From contig CAWGED010000008.1 of assembly GCA_963821525.1 (NCBI GenBank), positions 32,001 through 96,000 on the forward strand: a stretch of 64,000 nt of DNA. Direction: 5' to 3'. A program made the position numbers and the translations under genes. Shown one piece after another: positions 45,276 through 55,166 of this stretch. Under the pieces are notes generated by a model. It did no database searches. It saw only the letters and a program-made list of their open reading frames with translations, and was not told where the DNA came from. Within the stretch, counting starts at the first letter, position 1, and each line of letters starts with the position of its first letter. The stretch comes from an uncultured Gemmatimonadales bacterium (GTDB taxonomy: Bacteria > Gemmatimonadota > Gemmatimonadetes > Gemmatimonadales > GWC2-71-9).

Positions 45276-45300
45276 ATCACAAGGGCGTAACAGAGACGGA

Positions 45301-46281
45301 TCAGTCGCTTGCCGTTGCCCGTGGCGCGACACCGCTCCCGGCGGTCACCGCCTTGGCCGACGCACGAGCTCGGCTCGCCACGAGTTCCTTGCCGGTAATG
45401 ATCAGAATGACCGCGGCCACAATGACCATCGAGGCCACCAGCGTACGACCGTTCAATTGTTCTCCTGCGATAGCCCAGCCGAGGAACACTGCCACGACCG
45501 GATTGACGTAGCCGGCGGTGGACACCTTGGAAGGCGTCGTGATTCGCAGTAGCCAGGCAAAAGCGGTGAAGGCCACCAGCGACCCGAACAGGGTCAGATA
45601 GCCGAAGGCGATCCATGACTTGGCGGTTATGGCACTCAGGTTGAGCTGCGCCCAGTCTCCGTTAACGACGCTCGCAAGGAACAGCCAGGCTCCCCCGGCC
45701 AGCATCTGGATGCCAGATGCGAGTGCCACACTCTCCGGCAGCTTCGCGTCGCGGCTCAGCACCGAGCCGCTGGCCCAGGTGAGAGTCGAAAACAAGAGAA
45801 GCCCGATGGCCGCCGCATTCACTGGCCCCGAAGCCTGCCCGGGCAGCACCAGCAGGGCGACGCCGCCGAATCCCAGTGCGATGCCGGCCAACACGACAGG
45901 GCTGGGCCTCGTGCCACCCGGACGGAGCCATTCGAGAAGTGCCGTCCACACCGACACCATCGCCACGATGAGGGCTGCCAGCCCCGAGGGCATTCCCTTG
46001 TCCTCGACCCAGGCGACAGCACCGTTTCCGACCAGGAAGAACAACGCTCCGAGCAAGACTGCCCATTTCCAGTGAGTGGCGGTCGGCCGCGGGCTCCCTG
46101 TGAGGCGGGCATAGATGTAGAGCGCTGCACCCGCCAGGACGAACCGGGAGCCGGCCATGATGAACGGCGGCATGCTCTGGATCGCCAGGGCGATACCGAG
46201 GTAGGTCGAGCCCCAGATCAGGTAGATGGCCGCGAAGGCCGCGATCATCTGCCAGCGCGGAGCCGAGGCGTGGTCGGTCAC
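45301..46281 (-). CDS. EamA/DMT-family transporter (YedA-like)
   Basis: FAAIYLIWGSTYLGI, PPFIMAGSRF, PSGLAALIVA, YLTLFGSLVAF, YVNPVVAVFLGW..GE; GTGA overlap with the Lrp gene. Confidence 0.93.
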   Translation of the reverse strand: MTDHASAPRWQMIAAFAAIYLIWGSTYLGIALAIQSMPPFIMAGSRFVLAGAALYIYARLTGSPRPTATHWKWAVLLGALFFLVGNGAVAWVEDKGMPSGLAALIVAMVSVWTALLEWLRPGGTRPSPVVLAGIALGFGGVALLVLPGQASGPVNAAAIGLLLFSTLTWASGSVLSRDAKLPESVALASGIQMLAGGAWLFLASVVNGDWAQLNLSAITAKSWIAFGYLTLFGSLVAFTAFAWLLRITTPSKVSTAGYVNPVVAVFLGWAIAGEQLNGRTLVASMVIVAAVILIITGKELVASRARASAKAVTAGSGVAPRATASD

Positions 46282-46751
46282 GCGCCGGCTCCATTGGTGT
46301 GATTCAGCGGAATTCGCGAGCTGTCCTTCACCGTCGAGAGGACGATGGTCGTCCGGGTGTTGCGAACCGCCTTGAGCCGGCCGAATCGCTCGCGGAGCAA
46401 CTCTCCCAGCGCGTCGGTGTCCGGGACTCGGACCTTCACGAGGTAGCAATCCTCGCCGGCGACGTGGTGCACTTCCTGTACTTCGGGGAACTTGGCGATG
46501 GACTGCCCTACGCTGGCCGAGCCGACTCGCTCCTCGGTTCTGACCAGGATGAAGGCGGTGAGCCCGAAGCCGACGGCGTGGGCATCCAGCCGGGCTTCGT
46601 ACCCGGTGATGACATTGCGCGCTTCGAGCTTCCGGATGCGGTCCAGGATGGCGGAGGGGGCCATGTCCAGCTCCCGGGCGATGTCCGCGTTGGAGATACG
46701 GGCGTTGCCCTGGAGCAGGTCGAGAATGCGGATATCAGTCGTGTCGAGCAT
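46278..46751 (-). CDS. Lrp/AsnC-family transcriptional regulator
   Basis: LDTTDIRILDLLQGNARISNADIAREL..RIRKLE..VITGY; EVHHVAGEDCYLVKV..TRTTIVL. Confidence 0.95.
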   Translation of the reverse strand: MLDTTDIRILDLLQGNARISNADIARELDMAPSAILDRIRKLEARNVITGYEARLDAHAVGFGLTAFILVRTEERVGSASVGQSIAKFPEVQEVHHVAGEDCYLVKVRVPDTDALGELLRERFGRLKAVRNTRTTIVLSTVKDSSRIPLNHTNGAGA

Positions 46752-46835
46752 GGTCTTGGACTCCCATCCAAATCCAACATAATTCTTCCAATCATACCGG
46801 TCAATAACGAATCGTCGGTGAAATGGCATGTTTTC

Positions 46836-46848
46836 CGAATATTATTCG
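46836..46848. promoter_or_regulatory. Putative Lrp-type operator
   Basis: CGAATATTATTCG near-palindrome in the AT-rich divergent spacer; resembles GAAT-W5-ATTC Lrp-family sites. Confidence 0.45.
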
Positions 46849-46896
46849 TCCCAACCCGCAACTGGCACCTCTCCTTCCCTTCGCCCTCCGGCCACC

Positions 46897-46973
46897 CCGT
46901 CCCAACTTCCCAAGGTCTCACGCCCAGGTCCCACGTCCGACACCCCACTTCCCACTTCCCATTTCCCACCCCA
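46897..46973. repeat. Period-7 array (TCCCACN)
   Basis: gtcccaa cttccca aggtctc acgccca ggtccca .. cttccca cttccca tttccca. Confidence 0.75.
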
Positions 46974-46983
46974 CCTTGGCCCC

Positions 46984-48339
46984 GTGACTTCTCCCACCGG
47001 CTACCGCCGTTCCCTCGGCCTCTTCTCCGGCACCATGGCCGTGGTCGGCGGCATCATCGGCTCCGGCATCTTCATGAACTCCGCGATCGTGGCCCAGCGG
47101 GTGGGCACCGCCGACGTTGACGTTGGCGGTCTGGATCCTGGGCGGGGTCGATCGCCCTGATCGGTGCGTTCTGCTTCGGCGAGCTGGCTCAGCGGAATCC
47201 CCAGGCCGGAGGGCGGCTACGTCTATCTCCGCGATGCCTTCGGTCCGCTGCCGGCGTTCCTCTATGCCTGGAGTCTTCTGCTGGTCATGGCGACCGGTGC
47301 CGATCGCCGCCGTCGCGGTCACCTTCGCCAACTACTGCTCCGCGCTCCTCGGCCTTGGCAATAACATGGTGATGCCGATCGCGGCCGGGCGCGATCGCGC
47401 TGCTGTCGGCGGTCAACTATGTCGGTGTCGAGCCGGGGGCGATCACTAACAATCTTTTCTCCATCCTCAAGCTCACCGCCCTCGCGAGGTACTGATCGTC
47501 GCGGGGTTGATCGGCGACGCCGGCAGCAGTGTCACCTCCGCCGGTCAACCCTTCCGGCCCGATCTTTCGGCGCTCGCGGCCACCGCGCTGGTTCCGGTGC
47601 TGTTCGCATATGGAGGCTGGCAGCAGACCAACTTCATCGCCGAAGAGATCGTTGAACCGGAGAAGAATCTTCCTCGCGCACTCGTGCTCGGGGTGATCGT
47701 CGTGGTCGTCGTGTACGTGCTCGCCAACCTGACCTACATGCGCGCCCTCGGGGTGACGGAGGATTGGCCGCGAGCACGGCTCCCGCAGCGGACGCGATGC
47801 GGGTCGCGGTGGGGCCCGTCGGCTCGACGTTCATCTCGGCCGGAATCGCGGCCTCCACCTTCGGATTCCTGAACCTGGTGATTCTGGTATCACCCCGGGT
47901 CTACCGTACGATGGCAGCCGACGGGCTCTTCTTCCCGCAGCTGGCGACTCTCCACCCGAAATTCCGCACGCCGACTACGGCGATCGTAGTGCAGGGCCTT
48001 TGGGCGATCCTGCTGCTTTTCTCGGGGTCCTACGGACAGCTTCTCGACTACGTGGTGTTCTGCGATTGGATCTTCTTCGGCGGTGCGGTCGCCGCCCTCT
48101 TCGTCTATCGCCGCCGAGACCGGGAGGCGGGTCGGGAACCCGCCCCGGCAGGCAGTTTTCGGGTCCCTGGGTATCCTCTGACGCCTTTGCTCTTCGTGGC
48201 CGCGGCGGTCTACGTAGTGGCGGGCTCGATCTCGTCGAATCCAGGGAACGCGCTTCGCGGCTCGGTAATTCTGGCCGCTGGCGTGCCGGTGTTCTGGTTC
48301 TGGAGCAGAAAGGGAAAAGGACTGAGAAAGAGCAATTGA
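46984..48339 (+). CDS. APC-family amino acid permease (frameshifted)
   Basis: RSLGLFSGTMAVVGGIIGSGIF, GGYVYLRDAFG, FAYGGW..AEEIVEPEKNLPRA, PRVYRTMAADGLFF, FRVPGYP. Confidence 0.93.
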
Positions 48340-48395
48340 GTAATTGAAAATTGAACAGCCTGCGGCTGACGGCTGACGGCTAATAGCTAACAGCT
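48334..48395. repeat. Two adjacent period-7 arrays (AATTGAN x3; GCTGACG/GCTAAYA x4-5)
   Basis: Between convergent stop codons of the permease and the kinase. Confidence 0.75.
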
Positions 48396-49245
48396 ACTCG
48401 ACGATCGCCCCCACCATCTCTCCCGCCCCACTCCACCGTTCTTCCCGCTTCTTGGCCAGGGCGCGAGTGATCATGTGAACCAGATCCTCCGGCGCGTCTT
48501 CCCGAAAGATCTTCAGATCGGGAATCGGGTCCAGTCGGTGCATTTGGAGCACCACGTTTTCGTTCTTGTGTATGTAAGGCGGGCGTGAGGCCAGGCATTC
48601 GAAGAGCAGGCAGCCCATGGCATAGAGATCGGTGCGGTGATCGATGTCGTCCACCGCGGAAATCTGTTCGGGACTCATGTAGGCCGAAGTGCCCACCGCG
48701 ATCCCCGAGCGAGTGACCCGATCGGAGCTCGAGAGCTGCACGGCCCGGGCGATGCCGAAATCCACCAGGACTGCCCCGTCAGGACCAAGCACGATGTTAT
48801 CCGGCTTCACGTCGCGGTGGACGATGCCCGCCTTGTGCGCGTGGCCGAGTGCGCCCAACAGCTCACGGGCGAGCCGGCGGGTGGCCTGAGGATCGAGCAG
48901 ACGGTCTCGGGCCAGCAATTGCTTCAGTGTTGGCCCCTCGATGTACGGCATGACGTAATACACCAGCCAGTCCCGGTCGCCCGAATCAAGCAATCTGCCG
49001 ATGTGGGGATGGTCGAGCTGCCGCACCAGCGCGATCTCCCGGAGAAACCGGTCCGCCGCGACGCTGACCAGAAGCTCGGGGTGCAGAACCTTCAGGGCGA
49101 CCGGGTGTCCCGAAGGATCGGTCGCGTAGAAGACGCGCGCCGCGCCGCCGCGGCCGATCTCCCGATCGACCTCGTAGGTGCCCTCGAGGGCCTTGCGCAC
49201 CAGCGCCAGAATTTCGCGCGGAATTGGGCTCCCTCTCCCTTTCAC
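48394..49245 (-). CDS. Hanks-type Ser/Thr protein kinase, catalytic domain only
   Basis: IGRGGAARVF, VALKVL, HRDVKPDN, DFGIA, GTSAYMSPEQ, DLYAMG. Confidence 0.95.
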   Translation of the reverse strand: MKGRGSPIPREILALVRKALEGTYEVDREIGRGGAARVFYATDPSGHPVALKVLHPELLVSVAADRFLREIALVRQLDHPHIGRLLDSGDRDWLVYYVMPYIEGPTLKQLLARDRLLDPQATRRLARELLGALGHAHKAGIVHRDVKPDNIVLGPDGAVLVDFGIARAVQLSSSDRVTRSGIAVGTSAYMSPEQISAVDDIDHRTDLYAMGCLLFECLASRPPYIHKNENVVLQMHRLDPIPDLKIFREDAPEDLVHMITRALAKKREERWSGAGEMVGAIVE

Positions 49246-49340
49246 CGGGTGACGTGATTACGTGATTGAATATGGGAGCCGACGGGTGCGCCTGAAAGAG
49301 TCGTTATGCGGGGAGACGGTCGTGAAGAGTACCGGCAGGT

Positions 49341-51980
49341 TCAGCCTATCCCCAGCCAGTAGGTAATCTTCAGGGCGAGGAAGTTGTCCCCCTCCGTGCC
49401 GAAGGAATCCCACATGTCGTCGAGGGTGACCCGGTGGCTGGATGTCACCTCCGAACCGCGGTTCTGCTGCCAGACCAGAAACAGTGTGCTCCCCGGTCGC
49501 CACTCCCAGCGCAACACCAGATTGCTCCGGAAGCTGAGCACGTTGAAGTCGGGATCACTCAGGGTCAGGGAGTCGGTTCCGCCGTTGTCGGTGATCACGA
49601 TCGAATCGGGAGCGAATCGTTCGATTGTGGTCCCGTCGGTGCCATAGCGCCGGAGCGTGGTGCTCTGTGGTTCCGGCAGTTCGCCGAGTCTGGTGTAGGC
49701 GCCACTCGATGCGAATGGCTCCAGGTACCCTTCGATGCTCAGGTTGGGCGTGATGATGTAGTTGAGGCGCAGCTGGGCCGAGATTGTCGTCTGATCCAGC
49801 GCGGCGAAGATGTAGCGCTGGCCGAAGGTGGCCGTGGAACCGCCCGGTTGGGTGTCGAGGTATTGCCGCTCATCCCTGGTGCGTTCGTAGCGCGGGTCGA
49901 GTGACAGGAACCACTGGGGCGCGGGACGCAGCGAGACGCCGCCGCCGATCTCCAGATGGTTCCCGTCAAATTCGTCGCCCTGCAGGTTCCCGTTCAGCCG
50001 CCACTGAAAATTCCCCGCCTCCCCGCTGAAGAACTCGAGGTCGGTGCCCCACGCCGTGGGCGAGCCCATGAGCGGGCCACCCCGGGTAAGCTCGTCGCTG
50101 GAGTAGCGGGGCAGCAGGTAGGCGCCGATAAAGGTCTGCTGGAATCGCTTCCAGGTCTGACTGCTGCTGACCGCGAAGCGGGTGAACTGGCGCTCCCCTC
50201 CGTAATTCCAGTTGACGTGTCCGAATACTCCGACATTGTAGCGGTGAAACAGTTTGCCGGGCTGGATCTCGCGGTAGCGGAGACTCCAGTCCACATCGAG
50301 GTCGTCGGCGGCGCTCAGCTGGCCCGCGTCGTTCAGCTCAAACTCCGGTGATTCGGCGCTACCGAAGAGATCGTAGACCCAGTGCTTGCCACCCAGCTTG
50401 CTGAAACCGAGGCCCGCGGTGTAACCGGTCAATGAGGTGCGCGAGGGGTCGAACTTCACGTGTGTCGCATCGGGCCGTTGAAAGTATCGCGCGCTGGCCT
50501 GCTGCACGTCGGCGATCCGGGTCGAATCGCCGGCCACATAGCTGAAGCCGCCGTAGCCCGAGAGCTCGTAGGTCCCGCCCTGAAAGCGCAGGTTCCAGTC
50601 CACCCCGCCGCTATACGCTCGCCGGCTGAGCACTGAATCCAGGATGTCCTCTCCCAGATCCCGCTCGACTCCCGTCAGGGTAACTCCGACGGTCGACGCC
50701 GAAGCTCCGAACTCCTGCTGCACTCGCGCTACGCCGAAGCTCGTGAGAGGCTCCACCCGGCTGTGGCCTTTGACCGTCCCGACCGTGTCGAAGGTATCGG
50801 CGTATTCATTGGCGGTGAACGCGAAAAGGCTTCCGACCGAGAGACCTTTCGCTGTTCGCCCCGTAATCTTCGCCGCGCCGATGATCGTCGTGTTGTCGGG
50901 AGTATTGATGAAGTCGCCTCCGGGATCTCCGTGGGGCGGCGCCCCGATGCGACGAGAGTAGTAGTACCCCGGACCGTTGCCCCTCAGCAGGTTGTTCCCT
51001 TCGGTGAAGAACGGCCGCCGCTCGGGGAAAAAGATCTCGTAGGCGGTCAGGTTGACCACCGCGGGATCGGCGTCCACCTGCCCGAAATCCGGATTGACGG
51101 TGCCATCGAGCGTCAGGTTCGGTCCCAGACCCATCTTGACGTCGGCGCCGGCCCGGCCTACGTAATCACTCCCATCGTTGAAAGGGTCCGCGGGATCGGT
51201 GTTGCTGGTATAGCGCGCATCGCCGGCCACGTAGGGGAGAATCTCCAGACGACGCGAGGGCCGGATTCCTTCGATTCCCACCAGCTGTCCGATACGCGAG
51301 AAGTAGCCGCTTTCCTGCTTGGGGATCATTACCCAGTAGATGTCCTGATTGGACCCCGGCATCCAACGGTTGATGTTGAGTCCCCACACCTGTTCCTGCC
51401 GGCTGTTAAAGCGCAACTGGGAGAACGGAATCCGCATTTCCGCGGTCCAGCCGATTGAGTCGAGGGTAACTCTCGCCTCCCAGACCGGATCGAATCCGTA
51501 GTCGCGATAATCTTCGGCATCCCCCGGATGGTAGTAGTCGCTCCGCACTCCTCCCGAGCTGATGCAGAAGGTGAAACCCGTCCGGTGGTCGTGATAGGTA
51601 TCCAGCGAGATGATCAGTTGCTCGGCGTTACTGAACTGATCGCGCCGGGTAACGGGATGGGGCAACTCGCCGGTCGGGCTGCGCCACATACGCGCGCCGA
51701 CATAGAGCGCGTCGGCGTCATAGAGAAACCCTACCTCGGTTCGTTCCTGGGGGTCACCCCCTTCCACCGGCTCTTTTTGAACGAAGTCGCTGAACCACGG
51801 GGCAGTCTTCCAGACGTCATCGTCCAGCGAGCCGTCCACCGTCGGAGCCTGGGTAGTGAGGCGGCGGGCCTGAGCTTGCTTGGTTGACGCATAGGAGGAA
51901 GTCTGGCTGGCAGCTACCGAGAACCGGGCGCCCATGAGACCGATGAGCAACATGCAGGACGACCAGCGGGATGTTCGCAT
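49341..51980 (-). CDS. CBM9-like/DUF5916-type exported, probably outer-membrane, protein
   Basis: PTVDGSLDDDVW, YDADALYVGA, WTAEMRIPFSQLRF, TVNPDFGQVDADPAVVNL..FFPERRPFFTEG, RSNLVLRWEWRPGSTLFLVW, terminal KITYW. Confidence 0.85.
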   Translation of the reverse strand: MRTSRWSSCMLLIGLMGARFSVAASQTSSYASTKQAQARRLTTQAPTVDGSLDDDVWKTAPWFSDFVQKEPVEGGDPQERTEVGFLYDADALYVGARMWRSPTGELPHPVTRRDQFSNAEQLIISLDTYHDHRTGFTFCISSGGVRSDYYHPGDAEDYRDYGFDPVWEARVTLDSIGWTAEMRIPFSQLRFNSRQEQVWGLNINRWMPGSNQDIYWVMIPKQESGYFSRIGQLVGIEGIRPSRRLEILPYVAGDARYTSNTDPADPFNDGSDYVGRAGADVKMGLGPNLTLDGTVNPDFGQVDADPAVVNLTAYEIFFPERRPFFTEGNNLLRGNGPGYYYSRRIGAPPHGDPGGDFINTPDNTTIIGAAKITGRTAKGLSVGSLFAFTANEYADTFDTVGTVKGHSRVEPLTSFGVARVQQEFGASASTVGVTLTGVERDLGEDILDSVLSRRAYSGGVDWNLRFQGGTYELSGYGGFSYVAGDSTRIADVQQASARYFQRPDATHVKFDPSRTSLTGYTAGLGFSKLGGKHWVYDLFGSAESPEFELNDAGQLSAADDLDVDWSLRYREIQPGKLFHRYNVGVFGHVNWNYGGERQFTRFAVSSSQTWKRFQQTFIGAYLLPRYSSDELTRGGPLMGSPTAWGTDLEFFSGEAGNFQWRLNGNLQGDEFDGNHLEIGGGVSLRPAPQWFLSLDPRYERTRDERQYLDTQPGGSTATFGQRYIFAALDQTTISAQLRLNYIITPNLSIEGYLEPFASSGAYTRLGELPEPQSTTLRRYGTDGTTIERFAPDSIVITDNGGTDSLTLSDPDFNVLSFRSNLVLRWEWRPGSTLFLVWQQNRGSEVTSSHRVTLDDMWDSFGTEGDNFLALKITYWLGIG

Positions 51981-52004
51981 CGGGCTCGAGTTGTCGGGTC
52001 TGGA

Positions 52005-52050
52005 ACAAAATGAAGGCGGGCGGCACCCGGAAGATCCGATGCCGCCCGCC
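52005..52050 (-). terminator. Probable intrinsic terminator after the DUF4097 genes
   Basis: GGCGGGCGGCA/TGCCGCCCGCC 11-bp stem (52015-52050) then TTCATTTT on the minus strand. Confidence 0.65.
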
Positions 52051-52079
52051 AACTAAACGTTTATGAATGCCCCCCGGTT

Positions 52080-52856
52080 TCAAGCCCGCTTCCGGAGACG
52101 AATGCTCCCGTTGACGGTTTCGATACTGAGGTCTCTTCCTCCCTGCCCTACCCGCCCCCGGAGGTTCTGGGGCGTCACCTTGCCGCTGATAGTGATGGGG
52201 AAATCGCTGTCGATGCTCCCATTCACGGTCTTCACATCCAGTTCGGTGTTGAGGTCCCCGGGGAAAGTGAGCGTCACGGAGCCGTTCACGGTGTTGAATT
52301 CGAGCTCGTTGGCCCAGTCACTGCGGCCCATGGTCGCCACGATCGAGCCGTTGACTGTTGACGCTTCCACTACACCGCTCGCCGTTACCCGCACGTCCCC
52401 ATTCACCGTGTATCCCTCGGCGTCCGCCGCGATCGATTCGGCATTGACCGAGCCGTTGACCGAACGGCCCACGAACCGAACGCCCTTCGGTACCGTGACA
52501 TCGAAGTCCACTTCGGTGTCGTTGTTGTCGTTGTCATTGTGACCATGAGACCCCTGTGTGCAGTCGTTCGCCGGTTTGTTCTTCCGGGATGGGTAGACCG
52601 CACAGATCGTGACGCCGTCTTCGTGCTCCACCACCCGGATCTCCACCTCGTCCGGATTGCTCTTGCGCGCGCTCTTTCGCGCCGTCACCGTCACGTCGCT
52701 TCCGGACCCCCCGGAGGCATGGACGTCACCATTGATGTTCTTGATCTCGATGGTTTTCCCCGCCGCGAGCTTGCCCTGCCACTTGAATGGCTCCTGGGCA
52801 TGGAGCGCGGGGACCAAGCCCGCTACCAATAGCGCGGCGACTGTGATGCGGGTCAT
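52080..52856 (-). CDS. Secreted DUF4097-family beta-strand repeat protein
   Basis: Signal peptide; repeated TVNGS/D motifs; ends LSIETVNGSIRLRK. Confidence 0.88.
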   Translation of the reverse strand: MTRITVAALLVAGLVPALHAQEPFKWQGKLAAGKTIEIKNINGDVHASGGSGSDVTVTARKSARKSNPDEVEIRVVEHEDGVTICAVYPSRKNKPANDCTQGSHGHNDNDNNDTEVDFDVTVPKGVRFVGRSVNGSVNAESIAADAEGYTVNGDVRVTASGVVEASTVNGSIVATMGRSDWANELEFNTVNGSVTLTFPGDLNTELDVKTVNGSIDSDFPITISGKVTPQNLRGRVGQGGRDLSIETVNGSIRLRKRA

Positions 52857-52901
52857 GATGCACTCCAGAGTTGTGGATTTGTCATCGGTCGCAACTGCTC
52901 C

Positions 52902-53753
52902 TCAGCGGACCGTCCCGCCCTTTCGGAGACTCACGGTGCCATCGAACGACTCGATCTCGAGGCGCGCGCTGCCGTTCCCCATGGTGAAGTTCATGCGCTT
53001 CCCGGGTGTGATACCACTCAGGGTGATCGGGAAGTCTGATTCCATGTTCCCACTGTAGGTCGACACCGAAACGCTTGCGTTGATCACCGGTGTCGTCACG
53101 GTGACGTCACCGTCGTGCGAGACCAGGCGATACCGTCCCCCATCCTTAATAGGACCGCGGAAGCTGATCTCGCCGTCCACCGATTGGGCCTCCACCGACG
53201 GGGAGTCCACCCCGTCCATGGTGATGGTGCCGTCCACTGCCTGGGCCCGGATCTCCCCGGCCACGTTGGTCATCCGGATCTCGCCGTCGACCGAGTTGAG
53301 CTCCATCCTGCCGCGCGCTCCGCTCAGCGTGATTGAGCCGTCCACCGACCGGAGGGAGATGAGTCCGCCTCCTCCGCTGACGCGGATCTCGCCTTCGACT
53401 GTTTCAACTGTGATCTCTCCCTTGGTCCCGTCAATCGTGACGTCACCGCTCTGGCCGCTGATCGAAAGGTTGATATCGGCGGGCACGGTCAGATGATAGT
53501 CCACGGTCTCGGGGCCGTACCGTCCGGAGCTGCGGATCGAGACACTGCTACCGGACACATCGATGTCCACGTCTCCCTCGTCGTCTTCGGGATCGGCCTG
53601 GACCCGTACCGCACTCTTGGCCCAGACGCCGATCGTCACCGACCCCTCGAAGTTGTTGAGATCGAGTCGGGAGCCCGGTCGCACCGTGACGGTGGTGTCG
53701 ATCTGCTGGACGGCAGTCGCCACGATGAGAGCGGACGCGAGAAATGCGAACAT
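52902..53753 (-). CDS. Secreted DUF4097-family beta-strand repeat protein
   Basis: Repeated SVDG/TVEG motifs; ends GNGSARLEIESFDGTVSLRK. Confidence 0.88.
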   Translation of the reverse strand: MFAFLASALIVATAVQQIDTTVTVRPGSRLDLNNFEGSVTIGVWAKSAVRVQADPEDDEGDVDIDVSGSSVSIRSSGRYGPETVDYHLTVPADINLSISGQSGDVTIDGTKGEITVETVEGEIRVSGGGGLISLRSVDGSITLSGARGRMELNSVDGEIRMTNVAGEIRAQAVDGTITMDGVDSPSVEAQSVDGEISFRGPIKDGGRYRLVSHDGDVTVTTPVINASVSVSTYSGNMESDFPITLSGITPGKRMNFTMGNGSARLEIESFDGTVSLRKGGTVR

Positions 53754-53773
53754 GGATACGAGTCCTTTCGAGA

Positions 53774-54418
53774 TCAGCTCTTTCGCGCAGCCAGGAGGGC
53801 GGCGCGCTGGAGCAATTCCACTTTTTGCAGCTGGGTTTCCGCCAGATGGCCGTGCAGGTACGGATTCTTGGGGTCGGCGGCCAGCGCCTGCTGCGCTTCG
53901 CCGATCGCCTTGTCGATCAGTGCGAGTTTCGACTCCAGCACCCGCACGGTGGTCGAGTCGAGTTTGCCACGGTTCTCGGCCAGGACCTGCTGCAGCTCGG
54001 TCACCGCGGCGTCGTAGCCTTTCCGGGTCACATGCGCCGCGGGAATTACTGTCGGACTAGCGCCTTGTGACGGTTCAGCGGCGTGGCCGTGCATGAACCA
54101 GGCAACTCCGCCCGCCGACAGGAGCATCAGGGCGATCGCCGCGGCGAGGAGCTGGGGAACCGTGAAGACGACACGCCGGGCCCGCTTGATCGGACGCACC
54201 ACCTCGCCCTCACCGATGAAGGCGGCGATGCCTGGCCAGAGGTCGCCCGCGGGGGGCCGGTCGTTCAGCGCCTGGACCCGGGCCACCACGCCGCGCAGAT
54301 CAGCCAGCGTGTTGGCGCACTCCTCACAGTCGGCGAGGTGACGTTCGACCTCTTCCCGCTCCGAGGGAGACAGACTGCCGTCGATGTAGTCCGACAGCCG
54401 TTCAGTGAGATGGGTCAT
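53774..54418 (-). CDS. zf-HC2 zinc-binding transmembrane anti-sigma factor
   Basis: HLTERLSDYIDGSL..VERHLADCEEC; single TM helix; helical C-domain. Confidence 0.92.
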   Translation of the reverse strand: MTHLTERLSDYIDGSLSPSEREEVERHLADCEECANTLADLRGVVARVQALNDRPPAGDLWPGIAAFIGEGEVVRPIKRARRVVFTVPQLLAAAIALMLLSAGGVAWFMHGHAAEPSQGASPTVIPAAHVTRKGYDAAVTELQQVLAENRGKLDSTTVRVLESKLALIDKAIGEAQQALAADPKNPYLHGHLAETQLQKVELLQRAALLAARKS

Positions 54419-55011
54419 GGGTTCTCTCTCCCGCCCGGGCCGTGCCCGAGCATGTGACGCAGCGCCATACGCGCGTGGTGCAACTGGGACTTCGACGTTC
54501 CGCTCGTGATGTTCAGCATCCCGGCGATTTCCTCGTGCCGGTATCCTTCGATGTCGTGAAGCACCAGGACCTTCCTGGCTCCTTCAGGGAGTCGCTGGAT
54601 GGCGCCTTCGACATCGAGTGTGAAGCCGGCCGGCAGATTTCGGCCGGGCATCCGCTCCAGCGACTCCGGATCATCGGTGTGACGTTGCCGTTTGATCCCC
54701 AGTGCCTCGCGCCGGGTCAGGATCAGGTTCAGAGCGAGGCGGTGCAGCCAGGTGCCGAAAGCCGAATCACCGCGAAACGTGCCGAGCTTCTGCCAGGTCC
54801 TGATGAAGATCTCCTGCGTCACATCCTCCGCATCGTCGCCGATCATCCGCCGCACGAGGGAGTGAATCCGTCCCAGATGGCGGCGGTACAACCGCTCGAA
54901 GGCATGAGAGTCTCCAGCCGCGGCCAAAGTGGCATCCACGGCATCTCCGTCAATCGCGTCGCTCTGAGTCGTGGAGCGCAGAGGCACAGTTCCGGATTGG
55001 GTGACTTGCAT
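54415..55011 (-). CDS. ECF sigma-70 factor
   Basis: [66 protein letters not shown]. Confidence 0.95.
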   Translation of the reverse strand: MQVTQSGTVPLRSTTQSDAIDGDAVDATLAAAGDSHAFERLYRRHLGRIHSLVRRMIGDDAEDVTQEIFIRTWQKLGTFRGDSAFGTWLHRLALNLILTRREALGIKRQRHTDDPESLERMPGRNLPAGFTLDVEGAIQRLPEGARKVLVLHDIEGYRHEEIAGMLNITSGTSKSQLHHARMALRHMLGHGPGGRENP

Positions 55012-55020
55012 GCGGGGATT

Positions 55021-55048
55021 TGGACAGGCAACCCGCGTCAATGGTTGG
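55021..55048 (-). promoter_or_regulatory. Putative ECF promoter of the left sigma operon
   Basis: CCAACC-N15-CTGTCCA (AAC / GTC ECF pattern), 9 nt before the ATG. Confidence 0.5.
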
Positions 55049-55130
55049 AAAAGTGTCTCCAAATCCCTCTGGTGGCGAGATCTACACCTGTCGGACTCAA
55101 CCCGGTGCGCTAGTTTGGGGCAGTCATTCG

Positions 55131-55159
55131 TAAACCTCCCGTCCTCCACCGGCATCTCA
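55131..55159 (+). promoter_or_regulatory. Putative ECF promoter of the right sigma operon
   Basis: TAAACC-N15-GCATCTCA; same boxes and spacing at 57280-57308. Confidence 0.65.
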
Positions 55160-55166
55160 ACCAACG

